In this document: positions 1-10,314 of the stretch, piece by piece | Layout of the letters: each line of letters begins with the position of its first letter | Numbering within the stretch: the stretch's first letter is position 1 | Assembly (NCBI GenBank): GCA_976551045.1 | Contig: CDPCPM010000029.1 | Coordinates: 6,944,001-7,008,000 of the forward strand | Length of the DNA: 64,000 nt | Direction of reading: 5' to 3' | From: Glaucostegus cemiculus | Lineage: Eukaryota | Translations under genes and position numbers: made by a program | Notes under the pieces: model-generated | Seen by the model: the letters and a program-made list of their open reading frames with translations, nothing else | What the model was told of the DNA's origin: nothing | Database searches by the model: none

Positions 1-227
1 ATCTCCTACCTGATGGAAGAGAAGAGAAAATGACCTGGGTTGAAACTCACTGGTTGAAGTTGAGGTGAACTTGGTTCTAGAGCAGAGGTGACATAGATTA
101 AACACTATAGCTTGTTGGAAATGAAGTGAGGTAATACAATAAGCAGATTGAGAAAAGTCAATGAACCAGCCTTGTTTGACAGTGGGCTATACTGAGGGTC
201 TGTTGTAGACCCTTGTTTGACACCAAC

Positions 228-357
228 CTGCACTGAGATCAGATCTGTCGGAGACGATTTTTTGAGAGGATGTACATTTGAGAAAGATGCTTCACTGTCC
301 CTCTCCATTGGTAACATAACAGTGGGTAAACGTTAAACTCTCCTTCCGAAATTCATT
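228..357 (-). other. Candidate exon (5'UTR plus start of orphan ORF MLPMERDSEASFSNVHPLKKSSPTDLISVQ)
   Basis: Minus strand: cttgtcacttccag acceptor before 357, CAG|GTTGGT donor after 228, ATG at 317 with an upstream in-frame TAA. No homologue recognised. Confidence 0.2.
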
Positions 358-2559
358 CTGGAAGTGACAAGCATGATTAATTGGTCAATAGAAAGTACTA
401 TATTGATTGATTAGCATAAACAGATGCTGAATGAATTTCAGAGCATTAGTAGCACAATATTTTATTTGAATATACCTATTGGATATCTGAATTGTGGAAT
501 ATTATCTGTTTGCATCAATGGTATTCAATTTGACCCTGAGCTCTGTATATAACTCTCAATATCTCTCTATCACCTAGAATGCTTCCTCCACATCCATAGG
601 TTATGGGGTACAGACAGAAACATGGATCAGAGGAGTTGTGATCTTTTTGAAAGGCAGAGTGTGCTCAAAGGGCCATTGGAATGCTCTTGCTCTTCATATC
701 TCCATTTTTATCTTTTTATTTCTTAGTTTCTATTTCCCTTTCATACTCACCCTCTTACTCATTTTCTATCATGTATGATTGTTTGATTTATCTACCTTCA
801 TACAACCTATACATTTACACAGTGAGTGAAAAGAAAAAAATGAAAAGAAATGCATTTAAAACTTGTTGAAGATATTCATGTTAATTCTTAAGGACTAGAA
901 AACAAATTTGTACAACTTAAAATAGAATGCTTTTTATTACTGAAAAAACATTAAAATTATTGGACAAAATATACTTGACCTAGAATAGTTTATTCTTTCC
1001 TGCAGAGAATCTCTTGAATGCAGCCTATTTACTTATTTATTTTCAATGCATGTTTCACACCCTAGGTGATGCTACAGCAAGATCTTCTGGAGGAAAGTGG
1101 GACTTGCTGGTGTCTGTGTAATAAAACCTCGAGAAACTCTATGATAGAAAAGTATTTATCACTCTGTTAAACAGCACTACAGGAGAAAAGCCAGGGGTCA
1201 GTAACGGTACCCTGAAGAGAGAGAAATAAGCAAATTCTGCAAAACCTTAGCATTTAGCACATTCACCAGAATCTTCAAGTACAATAAAGCTGAGACATCT
1301 TTTTTAATAGACAAAGGATCTTTACTTTGCTTTACAAAGTGTCAGACTGGATGGTACCATCATTTTCTTTCATATTATATCATTACTTTAACCTAAATTC
1401 TTCTTTAAATGAAAAAAAAACAAGCATTTGTTTGCACTGTGAATTATTGGATCAGTTTTGTCCAATATCAGTATATATTTCTGGGAACATTGAACGCAAT
1501 TATATGTGAGTGCCATTTAAGATTGTGCTATTGTTCATAAGCACATAAAAGAAGAAAATCTCTTGTTTTTCAGCAGCAATAATTGCAAATTGTCCAGGTA
1601 ATAAAATCTTATTCAAGTTATCATTCTAAAAACCTAATCATGGTAATTTGTATTGAGTGTGTTTATTTCTGTGTGGTTAATTGTACTTCCATTCTTGATA
1701 ACTGCATTTTTCTTTCCTGTACCAACTGAATGATTTGTTTATTCTGGCTGATTATTACTAGTTCTGTGTAATTCTGCAACCATGACTATTTCTGGATCTG
1801 TAAAAGGACGTCATACCTTCAACAGGATATATTTATGTGTGTAAACACTAATATTGTCCAGTCAAAGACATGGCCCTATATGTTTATTCCTGATTCCTTT
1901 GTGACTGAATTCACATTGTGAGGAAAGCCAGTTGTTAAAAGAATTTTCAGTCCTCGAACCATCAATCCTCTCACTGTCATTCTTCATCACTTGGAGCCCA
2001 CACTAAAAACAGAAGAAGCATAAAGATTTAAATGAATCTCTTATTCGCATCAATTCTGGATACACATTAGGGCTAATTTTGTTGGCAAATGGCATATGAA
2101 AGCATCACTTATTCCATTACTATAGTAACACATTACTTACTTATGCAGATGCTGTAAAAGGAATTGATTTTTCAGCATCGTCAACATGCTGGCTGCTGTG
2201 CTATTACTCCTTACAGTGTGCTCCATAGAAGGAGACCGTTTAAATCCTCTGAGTGCTGAGCTCTACATTCTACATAATGGTAGAGAGGAAAGAAAAAAAG
2301 ATAATTTTTCTGACCATTCACTCTCCTAATCCATTACAGAGAAAATGCTGACACTTTTATTTCTGGAATACTGCTGTAGGTAAACTGATATTTAAATGTA
2401 TCTGTACCATTTGTAAGGAAACTATAATTCATGCCAGGTTTTACCACGATGGCTGAGTAAACAAAAAAAAGTCTGCAGATAGGGAGCTGATTGTCTAGCA
2501 TCGGTTGCCTTAAGAAGATAACAGTTATGACAAAGGCCTTCAACTGAAATAATAAGCCT

Positions 2560-2650
2560 GTTTCTCATTCCACAGCCTGACCTGCTGACTTTTTAAAACA
2601 TTTTTTGCCTTTTATTTCAAATTTTCAGCTTCTGGAGCTTCTTGGTTTTC
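2560..2650 (+). mobile_element. Penelope-like terminal-repeat (pLTR) fragment
   Basis: cctgacctgctga...ttttatttcaaattttcagc resembles the terminus at 25740-25829. Confidence 0.5.
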
Positions 2651-2825
2651 AAGGTGGGAGGTGCCTTTCTTCCTGATCTGTTGCAGTCTCAAAACGATGA
2701 ACGGAAGGTGACATATTTATCAGTCAGAATATTGTCGGATTTGGAAAGGAACTTGGCGACAACAATGAGGTGATGGAAACTCAAGAGTCCTGCTTTGAAC
2801 TGAGCCAGGACCAGTGTTGGAAGGA

Positions 2826-2971
2826 CCACTACTGATGATGAAGATTGTATGTCCATCTAAGGAGATGTTAGTGCCTTAGTTTACCAACTCATTTGAAAGG
2901 CAGAATCTTGAAAAATGCCATATTCTTTCTGTACTACACTGAAATATCAAATAGAACATCATGGAACAGTA
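2826..2971 (+). repeat. Local direct duplication, copy 1 (copy 2 at 4199-4352)
   Basis: actgatgatgaagatt...gaaaaatgccatattctttctgtactaca...catggaacagt occurs at both sites. Confidence 0.9.
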
Positions 2972-3668
2972 CAGCACTGGAATACGCCTTTCAGCACACC
3001 ATGTCTGCACCGACCATGATGCCAATCTAACTGATCCCTTCTGCCTGCACATGCTCTGTTTCCATCTATTTCCTGCCTGTTCTTGTACCTAAATTCCTCA
3101 AACGTTGCTGTCTTATCTGCTTCTAATGCTTCCCCCTGGCAGCATGTTCTAGACAACTACTATTTTCCATGTAAAAAAACACTTGCCTCCCAAATCTGCT
3201 TTAAACTTTTCCCCTCCTATCTTAAACCTATGCTCCCTTGTATTTGACATTTCCATCCTGGAGTAAAAACTCTGTCCACCTTGTATATGCCGCGCATAAT
3301 TTTATATGTTTCTATCAAGTTGCTAGTCAGTTTGCGACGCTCCGGAGAAAACAATCCAAGTAGGTCCAACCTCTCCTTATAGCTAATACTCTCCACTCCA
3401 AGAAACATCCTGGTGAACCTCTTCTGCACCCTCTCCAAGGCCTCCACATCTTTCCTGTAATGTGGCAACCAGAACTGCACACAACACTCGCAATGTGGCC
3501 TTACCTAAGCTTTATACATCTGTAACATGACTTCCTGACATCTTACTCAATGCCCTAACTGATGAAAGGAAGCATGCTGTACATCTTCTTCACCACCCTA
3601 TCCACGTGTACTCCCACTTTCATTTGCACCCCAAGATCCCTCTGTACATCAGTGCTCTTAAAGGTCCC
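2951..3668 (-). mobile_element. CR1 (HER1-like) LINE, 5'-truncated 3' end
   Basis: ORF 3217-3480 [25 protein letters not shown] is the CR1 ORF2 C-terminus; 3'UTR tail ends near 2951. Confidence 0.9.
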
Positions 3669-3873
3669 AGCTTCATGACACAGAAGGAATGGGAAGATGA
3701 GTTAATGGTATGGTAACGTGGCATTTAAGTTGCTGAACTAACAAATTTTAGATACAAGTTCAAAATCTGCTGAAGTTAAATTCAGTTAACTAAAAAAAAA
3801 TAGAATGAAAGGTTAGTAATATTAACCATGAATCTGGTGGAGTGTTGTAAAACCCAGCAGGTTTAGTAATGTC

Positions 3874-4423
3874 ACAACATACGAAACACTGGAGGTACTC
3901 AGTGGGTCAGGCAGCATGTATGTATGGCGGCACGATAGCGTAGCGGTTAGCGTGACGCTGTTACAGCACCAGCGATCGGGGTTCGATTCCCATTGCTGAC
4001 TGTAAGGAGTTTGTACGTTCTCCCGTGTCTGCGTGGGTTTTCTCTGGGTGCTCCAGTTTCCTCCCACATTCTAAAGACGTATGGGTAGGTTAATTTGGGG
4101 GTTTAAAATGGGCGGTGTGGACTCATTGGGCCGAAAGGGCCTGTTACCACGCTGTAAATAAAATTTTAAAAATTTATTTAAAAGAAATGAACAGTTGACC
4201 ATTACTGATGATGAAGATTACATGTCCATTTAAGGAGATGGTTAGTGCCTTAGTTTCCCAACTCATTTGAAAGGCAACACCTTGAAAAATGCCATATTCT
4301 TTCTGTACTACATTGAAATATCAACTAGGATTATAGAATAACATGGAACAGTTGACCTGCTGAGTTCCTCCAGAGTTTTGTGTGTTGCTTCATATTCCAG
4401 CATCTGCAGTCTCTTGTGTTTCT
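3874..4423. mobile_element. Non-autonomous fold-back Penelope-pLTR-derived element with 15 bp TSD
   Basis: TSD aggtttagtaatgtc at 3859-3873 and 4424-4438; inverted termini ctggaggtactcagtgggtca / tgacctgctgagttcctccag. Confidence 0.75.
3925..4180 (+). mobile_element. tRNA-derived V-SINE-type element with CR1-like tail
   Basis: A/B box head (tagcgtagcggttag...ggttcgattccc), core gagtttgtacgttctcccgtgtctgcgtgggttt, tail gggccgaaagggcctgt plus AT-rich end. Confidence 0.85.
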
Positions 4424-5894
4424 AGGTTTAGTAATGTCCTTTGGCAAATGAAGTTTTCCTTATCACCTGCATGGATGAAATATGATTCACAACAAATGCA
4501 CACCAATGTGGTTCCCTCTTAACTGACCTCTGAAATGACCTGCCAAGCCACACAGTTCAAGGGCAGCAAATGCCACCTTTGCCACAGCTGCCCACTACCC
4601 ATAAATAAATTTAAAAGAAAAGAGTCTTTGCAAATTTGGTCAATGATAAGCTCGTCACCTGCCAAGTCTAAAAATTTCTTAACACTGCTCACAGCTGCCA
4701 GTTATGGTTTGGTTTATTCGCAATTTGATTTGTTACAGTCTGATGTAAACTATAGTATACGCACTGCTACTCCACCTAATTCACCATATCCTTCTCTCCC
4801 CTCCCATTCCTCCTCCTCGACATTGGTTGCCTGCTCTTGGAACTCACTGCTGAGTTAAGAGTTCAAAGTTTATCTGAAAGAAGAATAGTCCTCAGCTTCG
4901 GGACAAACTGTTTGTTGAAAATAGGATCTGTCAAAATTCTCTCTAATGTGCTTGGCTGAAGAATGGGGCTTGCATTCATCACCTTCTGACCAAAAAACAG
5001 CAGAGTTGTCAATGGCTCATGTTAACACACAAGTAACCAATATAGTAAGGGAAGTAAGACACAGAAAAATAACTTTTATAATCATGTAAATAAATAAAAA
5101 TGTTCTAGAGAGGGGAATAAAGCCAATAATGCAAATCTACCAAAGAAGAACAGGGGAAATGAAACAAATATTTGCATCTTGCATATTTTGTAAATTGTTA
5201 TTTCCACAATTATAATGTTCTTGCATCATTTCAGTATCAGTATTTTATGCAACACTTTGACTTTCAGTGAGAGATGTGATGCAGTATTTCAGTACATTTT
5301 GTTGTATTTTACCAGTACCAAACTACAGACACTTTTAGACAGCTATAGAATAACGGTAACTTCAAAAATTGCATTCAAGGTCCTGGCCTATCCCTGAGTA
5401 ATACCCAAGGAGATTAAGTAGTATATCAAAGTCTTGTAGGTACTTTTATAGGGCAGAATACCTTAAAAGTGGTTGCTGCTCCCTTGAGGCATCTTGGCTC
5501 AAAAGTGCTCATGGAGAAAATGAAAACTTAACTAGCTGAAATAACCATGGTCTGTTAGGTTAATGAAACTGGGTGACTGAAATATCAAATAAATGCAAAG
5601 CTACTGAAACACTTCCAGCTGGAATTTCTGCAACAGTTTTTTCTTATCATTTGATATAAATTCTCCCATTGTTTGTCATTCCATGTCACCATAAAACCAT
5701 GTAACTAATTTACTCATTCAGCTCTGGAACCAGCAACAGAACAAAATGATCAAATTGTATTTGGCCACAGTTTCAATTTTTCATTAGTCAGCACTTGCAA
5801 TAAACATAATGGCCCTCAGAAAGATCAGTGGGGTACAAACATGGCAGAGTGGACGATGAAGTCTCTCACTGATAAATGCAGGCTGTTGCTTTTT

Positions 5895-6630
5895 AGGAAG
5901 ACAAATGAGGTGAATGGTAGGGTCTGACAAGTGTGGTAGAACAGAAGGACCTAGGAGTACAGGTACATGGTTCCCTGAAAGTGGCATTGTAGCTAGACAG
6001 AGTGGTGAAGAAGGCTTTTAGCTTGCTGGCCTTCATCAGTCAGGGCATTTAGTATAGAAGTTGTGACATTATGTTGCAGTTGTTCAAGATGTTGGTGAGG
6101 CTGCTCTTGGAATATTGTGTTCAGTCTTGGTTGCCCTGCCATTAAGCTGGAAGGTGTGCAAAGGAGATTTACGAGGATGTTGACGGGACTTGAGGGACTG
6201 AGTTATGGAGAGAGGTTGGGACTTTTGCATTGGAGCATAGGAGAATGAAGGATGATCTTAAAGAGGTGTATAAAATCAAGAGGGGTACAGAAAGAGTCAA
6301 TGCACACAGTCTTTTTTCCAGGGTTGAGAAATCAAGAACAAGAGAGCATAGGTTTAAGGTGAGAGGGGAGAGATTTAATAGGAACCTGATGGCATAATTT
6401 TCACCCATGGAGTGGTCGGCATATGGAATGAGCTGCCAGAGGAAGTGGTTGAGGCAGGTACATTAACAATATTTAAAAGGTATTTGGACACGTACATGGA
6501 TGGGAAAGGATTAGAGGGAAATGGGCTAAACATGGGCAAATGGGACCAGCTTAGATGGGAACCTTGGTCGACATGGACCTGTTGGGCCAAAGGGCCTGTG
6601 TCCTTGTTGTACGACTCTATGAATCTATGA
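5895..6630 (+). mobile_element. CR1 LINE 3' fragment
   Basis: ORF 6412-6630 VVGIWNELPEEVVEAGTLTIFKRYLDTYM; gggccaaagggcctgt and ctctatga/atctatga tail. Confidence 0.9.
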
Positions 6631-8654
6631 GACTGCTGCCCTCTAGTTAATGGACAATCAAGAACCTAAGCTGACACCACCCTCACAGCCAGCTCTGCAT
6701 GAAAGATGATTCAAATTATTTTTAACAAGACATACCCCTACTTGGCTTGGAGATCCGGGCTGCACGCCATATCAGTTTTTATCAAAATGCTTCTATATCC
6801 CATCTTGTTGAATCATTGGCTGTCAGTGACACTCCCATTCTATCCCACGACCCCTAACCTCCAATCATCCTTCAACCTCCTACTACCCCTTTCCCACAAC
6901 ATCCCCTAACCTCCCACCACCCTAGAACTCCATAGAAATCAAACAATAGACCTGTAGTTGGTGGCACTTCTGAATCAGGTTGTTGATTCAAGCCCCGACC
7001 CAGAGACTTTAGATCATAAGTCAGTACAATACACAAACTAGTCCATTAATGTCAGAATAAAACCTACAGTGTTAGAAGCCACAGTACTTTTTTTTAATCA
7101 AATCACCTCATTCTGTAGTTGCAATTGACTTTTAAATATTGCATGTCAATACCTGAGATGCATGAAATATTTTCCTCACTCAATGTGGATCTAATAATGT
7201 GATTACAAACTTAGAATTATGCATGCTTACAATGCCTTGAAAATCCCATGGTCTACCTATCCTGCGTTACTGGAACATAGCCAAATTGATGGAAATTGAT
7301 GGCTGCTGAATGAAATACAGTTTGTATCTGTACTTGGCACTTATACCAACCTGAAGGCTGTCTCATGTGCCCCTGAAAAAGTTTTCATCCTATCTCACAA
7401 ATGTCATTAATGTAATATCAACCATGATGGACAAGTAAGCTTCAGGAATCTGGGAAAGTCGAGAAAACAGTGATTCCAGTTGATGTGATATGATTTGGTG
7501 TCCAGCTGAGCCCATCTGCTGTTGATCACAGTGACCACTGACTTGCCTGTTTCACCTCTGGAGTGCTTTGTGGTATTTTACAAGAATGTTTGTTTACAGC
7601 CATTTGTTAGCACTTTTGATACACTTTTCCACACTAACAAGGGAATTGAAAAATTAATGTCATTTTATCTTGTTATCAAGTTATATAAACTATTTTGCAG
7701 ATGTATTTTGTAAATTTATTCTTTTCACCTTTGGCCAGTTTTATGTACAATATGATTAAGCCAGCTAACACTGGGCAATTGCATGACATATATTTACATT
7801 GTCCAGATAGCCTTCTCTTCCCTTCTGATTCATTAACTGTGGCTTGCTATTCCCTGTGATGTCCTGCCTGAATGTGTACCCTTCCCTAAGGATGTATCAG
7901 GATTAATGGCTGCACAGATCTTCTATACCATCCTGCACATGCTTATGTCCCATGATCATAAGGTTACAACAATGTAGACAAATATCTACAGCCATTGATT
8001 TTCTTGCCACTTTACTGTTGTGGACTTTTAATAGAGTCACAGCCAGCAAGAGAATCAGAAATAGAAAACGCTGGAAACATTTGTTATGGTAGGCAACATC
8101 TGTGGACAATTCATGAGGTGTTTAATTCCCCAAGTCATGCTCTTTTTTTTAGGAACTATGCTACTTTCACCTGTAAAGACAGCAAATGGTGTGCCAACAG
8201 TACTTAGGTTAACATTTCTCTGTTGTAGCATTAACACTTGCTGTTTTTATGCATTCATCCACTGTTGGGGACAAAGCTATTGATATGATCAGGTGTCAGA
8301 AAAACAGACATGCATATCTAAAATGAACTGGAATTTGGACGAGTTAACTTCAACTATGGCAGATTATGCAATCCCCAAATTCAGTTCAGAGTTTGAATTG
8401 CCTTGAGGATGGTCCTGATTGTCCAACATTATTATGTAAATGTTTTGTTTGAGTTTTGCACAGGTCTTCCACTGATTTCACCACAGCCAAGGTCCAATTG
8501 GGGAAAAAGGAGCTAAACTGCAGAGATGAGATGTGATTGGCCGTCCTTGACCTCAAGGTAACATTTGACTGAGTGTAGCATCAAGAAGCTTGAATAAAAT
8601 TGAAGTTAATATTGAGCAAATCTGCACTTGCAGGAGCCTAATCTCCCACAAAGG

Positions 8655-8960
8655 TAGACCATAAGACCATAAAATATAGGATCAGAATTAGGCTATTTGG
8701 ATCAATGAGTATGCTCCACCATTTAATCATGGCTAATGTTTTTTCGACATGATTCTCCCGCCTTCTCCCTGCAACTCTTAACTCCTTTAGCAATCAAGAA
8801 CCTATGGACTCTGCCTCAAATACACCCAAAGACTTGGCTTCTACAGCCCTCTGTGGTAATGAATTTCACAGATTCCACAGAAACAGAGATGGGGAGGAAT
8901 TTCTTCAGCCAGAGGATGGTGAATCTGTGGAATTCGTTGCTGCATAGGGCTGTGGAGGTG
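8655..8960. mobile_element. CR1 3' tail (minus) joined to a plus-strand CR1 piece
   Basis: ccataagaccataa tail at ~8659; plus piece encodes RNFFSQRMVNLWNSL. Confidence 0.7.
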
Positions 8961-10097
8961 TCTTATGATCATCTGATTATTTATCTCATTGTGGTATGTG
9001 AATTTTTTTTCAATATACAAACTTCCTACTGTACCCTTCCTACTCTGTGATAGTGACAAGACTATGCTTTAATCACATTGTTTGAAAGTAACTATTTTTC
9101 AATAAATTATCTATGGAAAACTAATCAAAAATCCAAAAATATGGTAACCTTCCTGCTGTAAGGTGGATATCATAACTGCAGAAAGGCGACACCCTTTGCT
9201 TACTTATCTTTGTATACCTTATTAGCATTGCAGCAAATGAGATTACTGAGATCTTGGACAGCTAATCCTCTTCCTTTAGTTTATTGTTCATCAGCATCTA
9301 AGTTGCTATCTGAAAAGATTTTGATGGCCACTGGTGTAAAACTCAAATTAACAGATGTACAGAAACTAGCCAGCTGAAGAATCCTAACTAATGCTGCTGC
9401 CTGAGTATTTCCATCCACTTAAGTTGACAAAGTTTTCAGACAAGTTATCTTGAACACCACTGATAGGTCAATCACCTTCCATCACTGAGTTGATGGCTGC
9501 TTTAAAGTTTCGCTGAATGTAGTGACCTTTTTGTAAGTGGTATAACACAGTAAAGCAACTACTCAATGTGTTTCCTATTCTCTAAACTACAGATTACGCA
9601 ATACCTGTAACATTGTCAGACAGGTTTCTTCCCAAGACTATAAGATGACATTATGTTTTGGAAAACAGCAGTACACCTTTTCATGCTCTCACTCAAATTT
9701 CTATTATTTATTCAGACAGTTCTTACACTTACAACTCAGCCTCTGAAGTATATTCCTGTTGATTTCCCAATAACGTAAAAGGATTTAAATGACTTAATAC
9801 ACATGACTGTGAAAATATGCTTCCTGTAGTAAGTGGCTTTTGGAAAATGAAGAAATATATTTCTAATATCTGATGTGACCAAAGGATATTTGCTGTACTA
9901 TTCGCATTCATTGCAACCTCTTCATAGAAATCAGAATCCAGGTTTTGAAAGGGGAAAACAATATATTTTCTGCACAAAACTCTAAATTATTTCATCAAAA
10001 TGAAAAATGTAATAAAAACATATGATCTCAATGTAATATACAACACTGAAACTCTTTCTTCCTCAATCCATTCTGCTGTTTATTGCAGATCTAGAAA

Positions 10098-10240
10098 ATG
10101 GATGACAATGACACAATGGAGACTGATCCCAATCAGATGGAGGGAAACAGAATGCTAAATGGAGAGTCGTGGATCCCATCTGATACAAACATTACAGTTT
10201 TGACCTTTGCTAATAATTGTATCCCGTTAACCTACCAGTG
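10098..10240 (+). other. Candidate first coding exon of an orphan gene (exon 10089-10240; MDDNDTMETDPNQMEGNRMLNGESWIPSDTNITVLTFANNCIPLTYQ, phase-2 end)
   Basis: Acceptor ttctgctgtttattgcag, in-frame TAG two codons before a Kozak-like AAAATGG, open frame to a consensus GTG|GTAAGT donor. Confidence 0.3.
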
Positions 10241-10314
10241 GTAAGTACCTAAGGATTATAGAGAGGACAAATTACACAGAGTCATTAAATGAGGGCAGAA
10301 AAATGCAACATGGA

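Larger units (their letters stand above)
3690..4620 (+). mobile_element. Old SINE-like repeat split by the 3874-4423 insertion
   Basis: The pieces either side join across the duplicated aggtttagtaatgtc; the 3' half (caatgtggtt...cttaactg..ctctgaaatg...cagttcaagggca) resembles a common elasmobranch repeat. Confidence 0.45.

Noticed and set aside
3925-3995. tRNA-like sequences as tRNA genes (also 18839, 54905, 60783)
   Set aside because: Each runs straight into a SINE core and tail.
9729-9977. Minus ORF ending at a GTAAGT donor
   Set aside because: No recognisable protein, and phase does not join the 16443 candidate without a stop.
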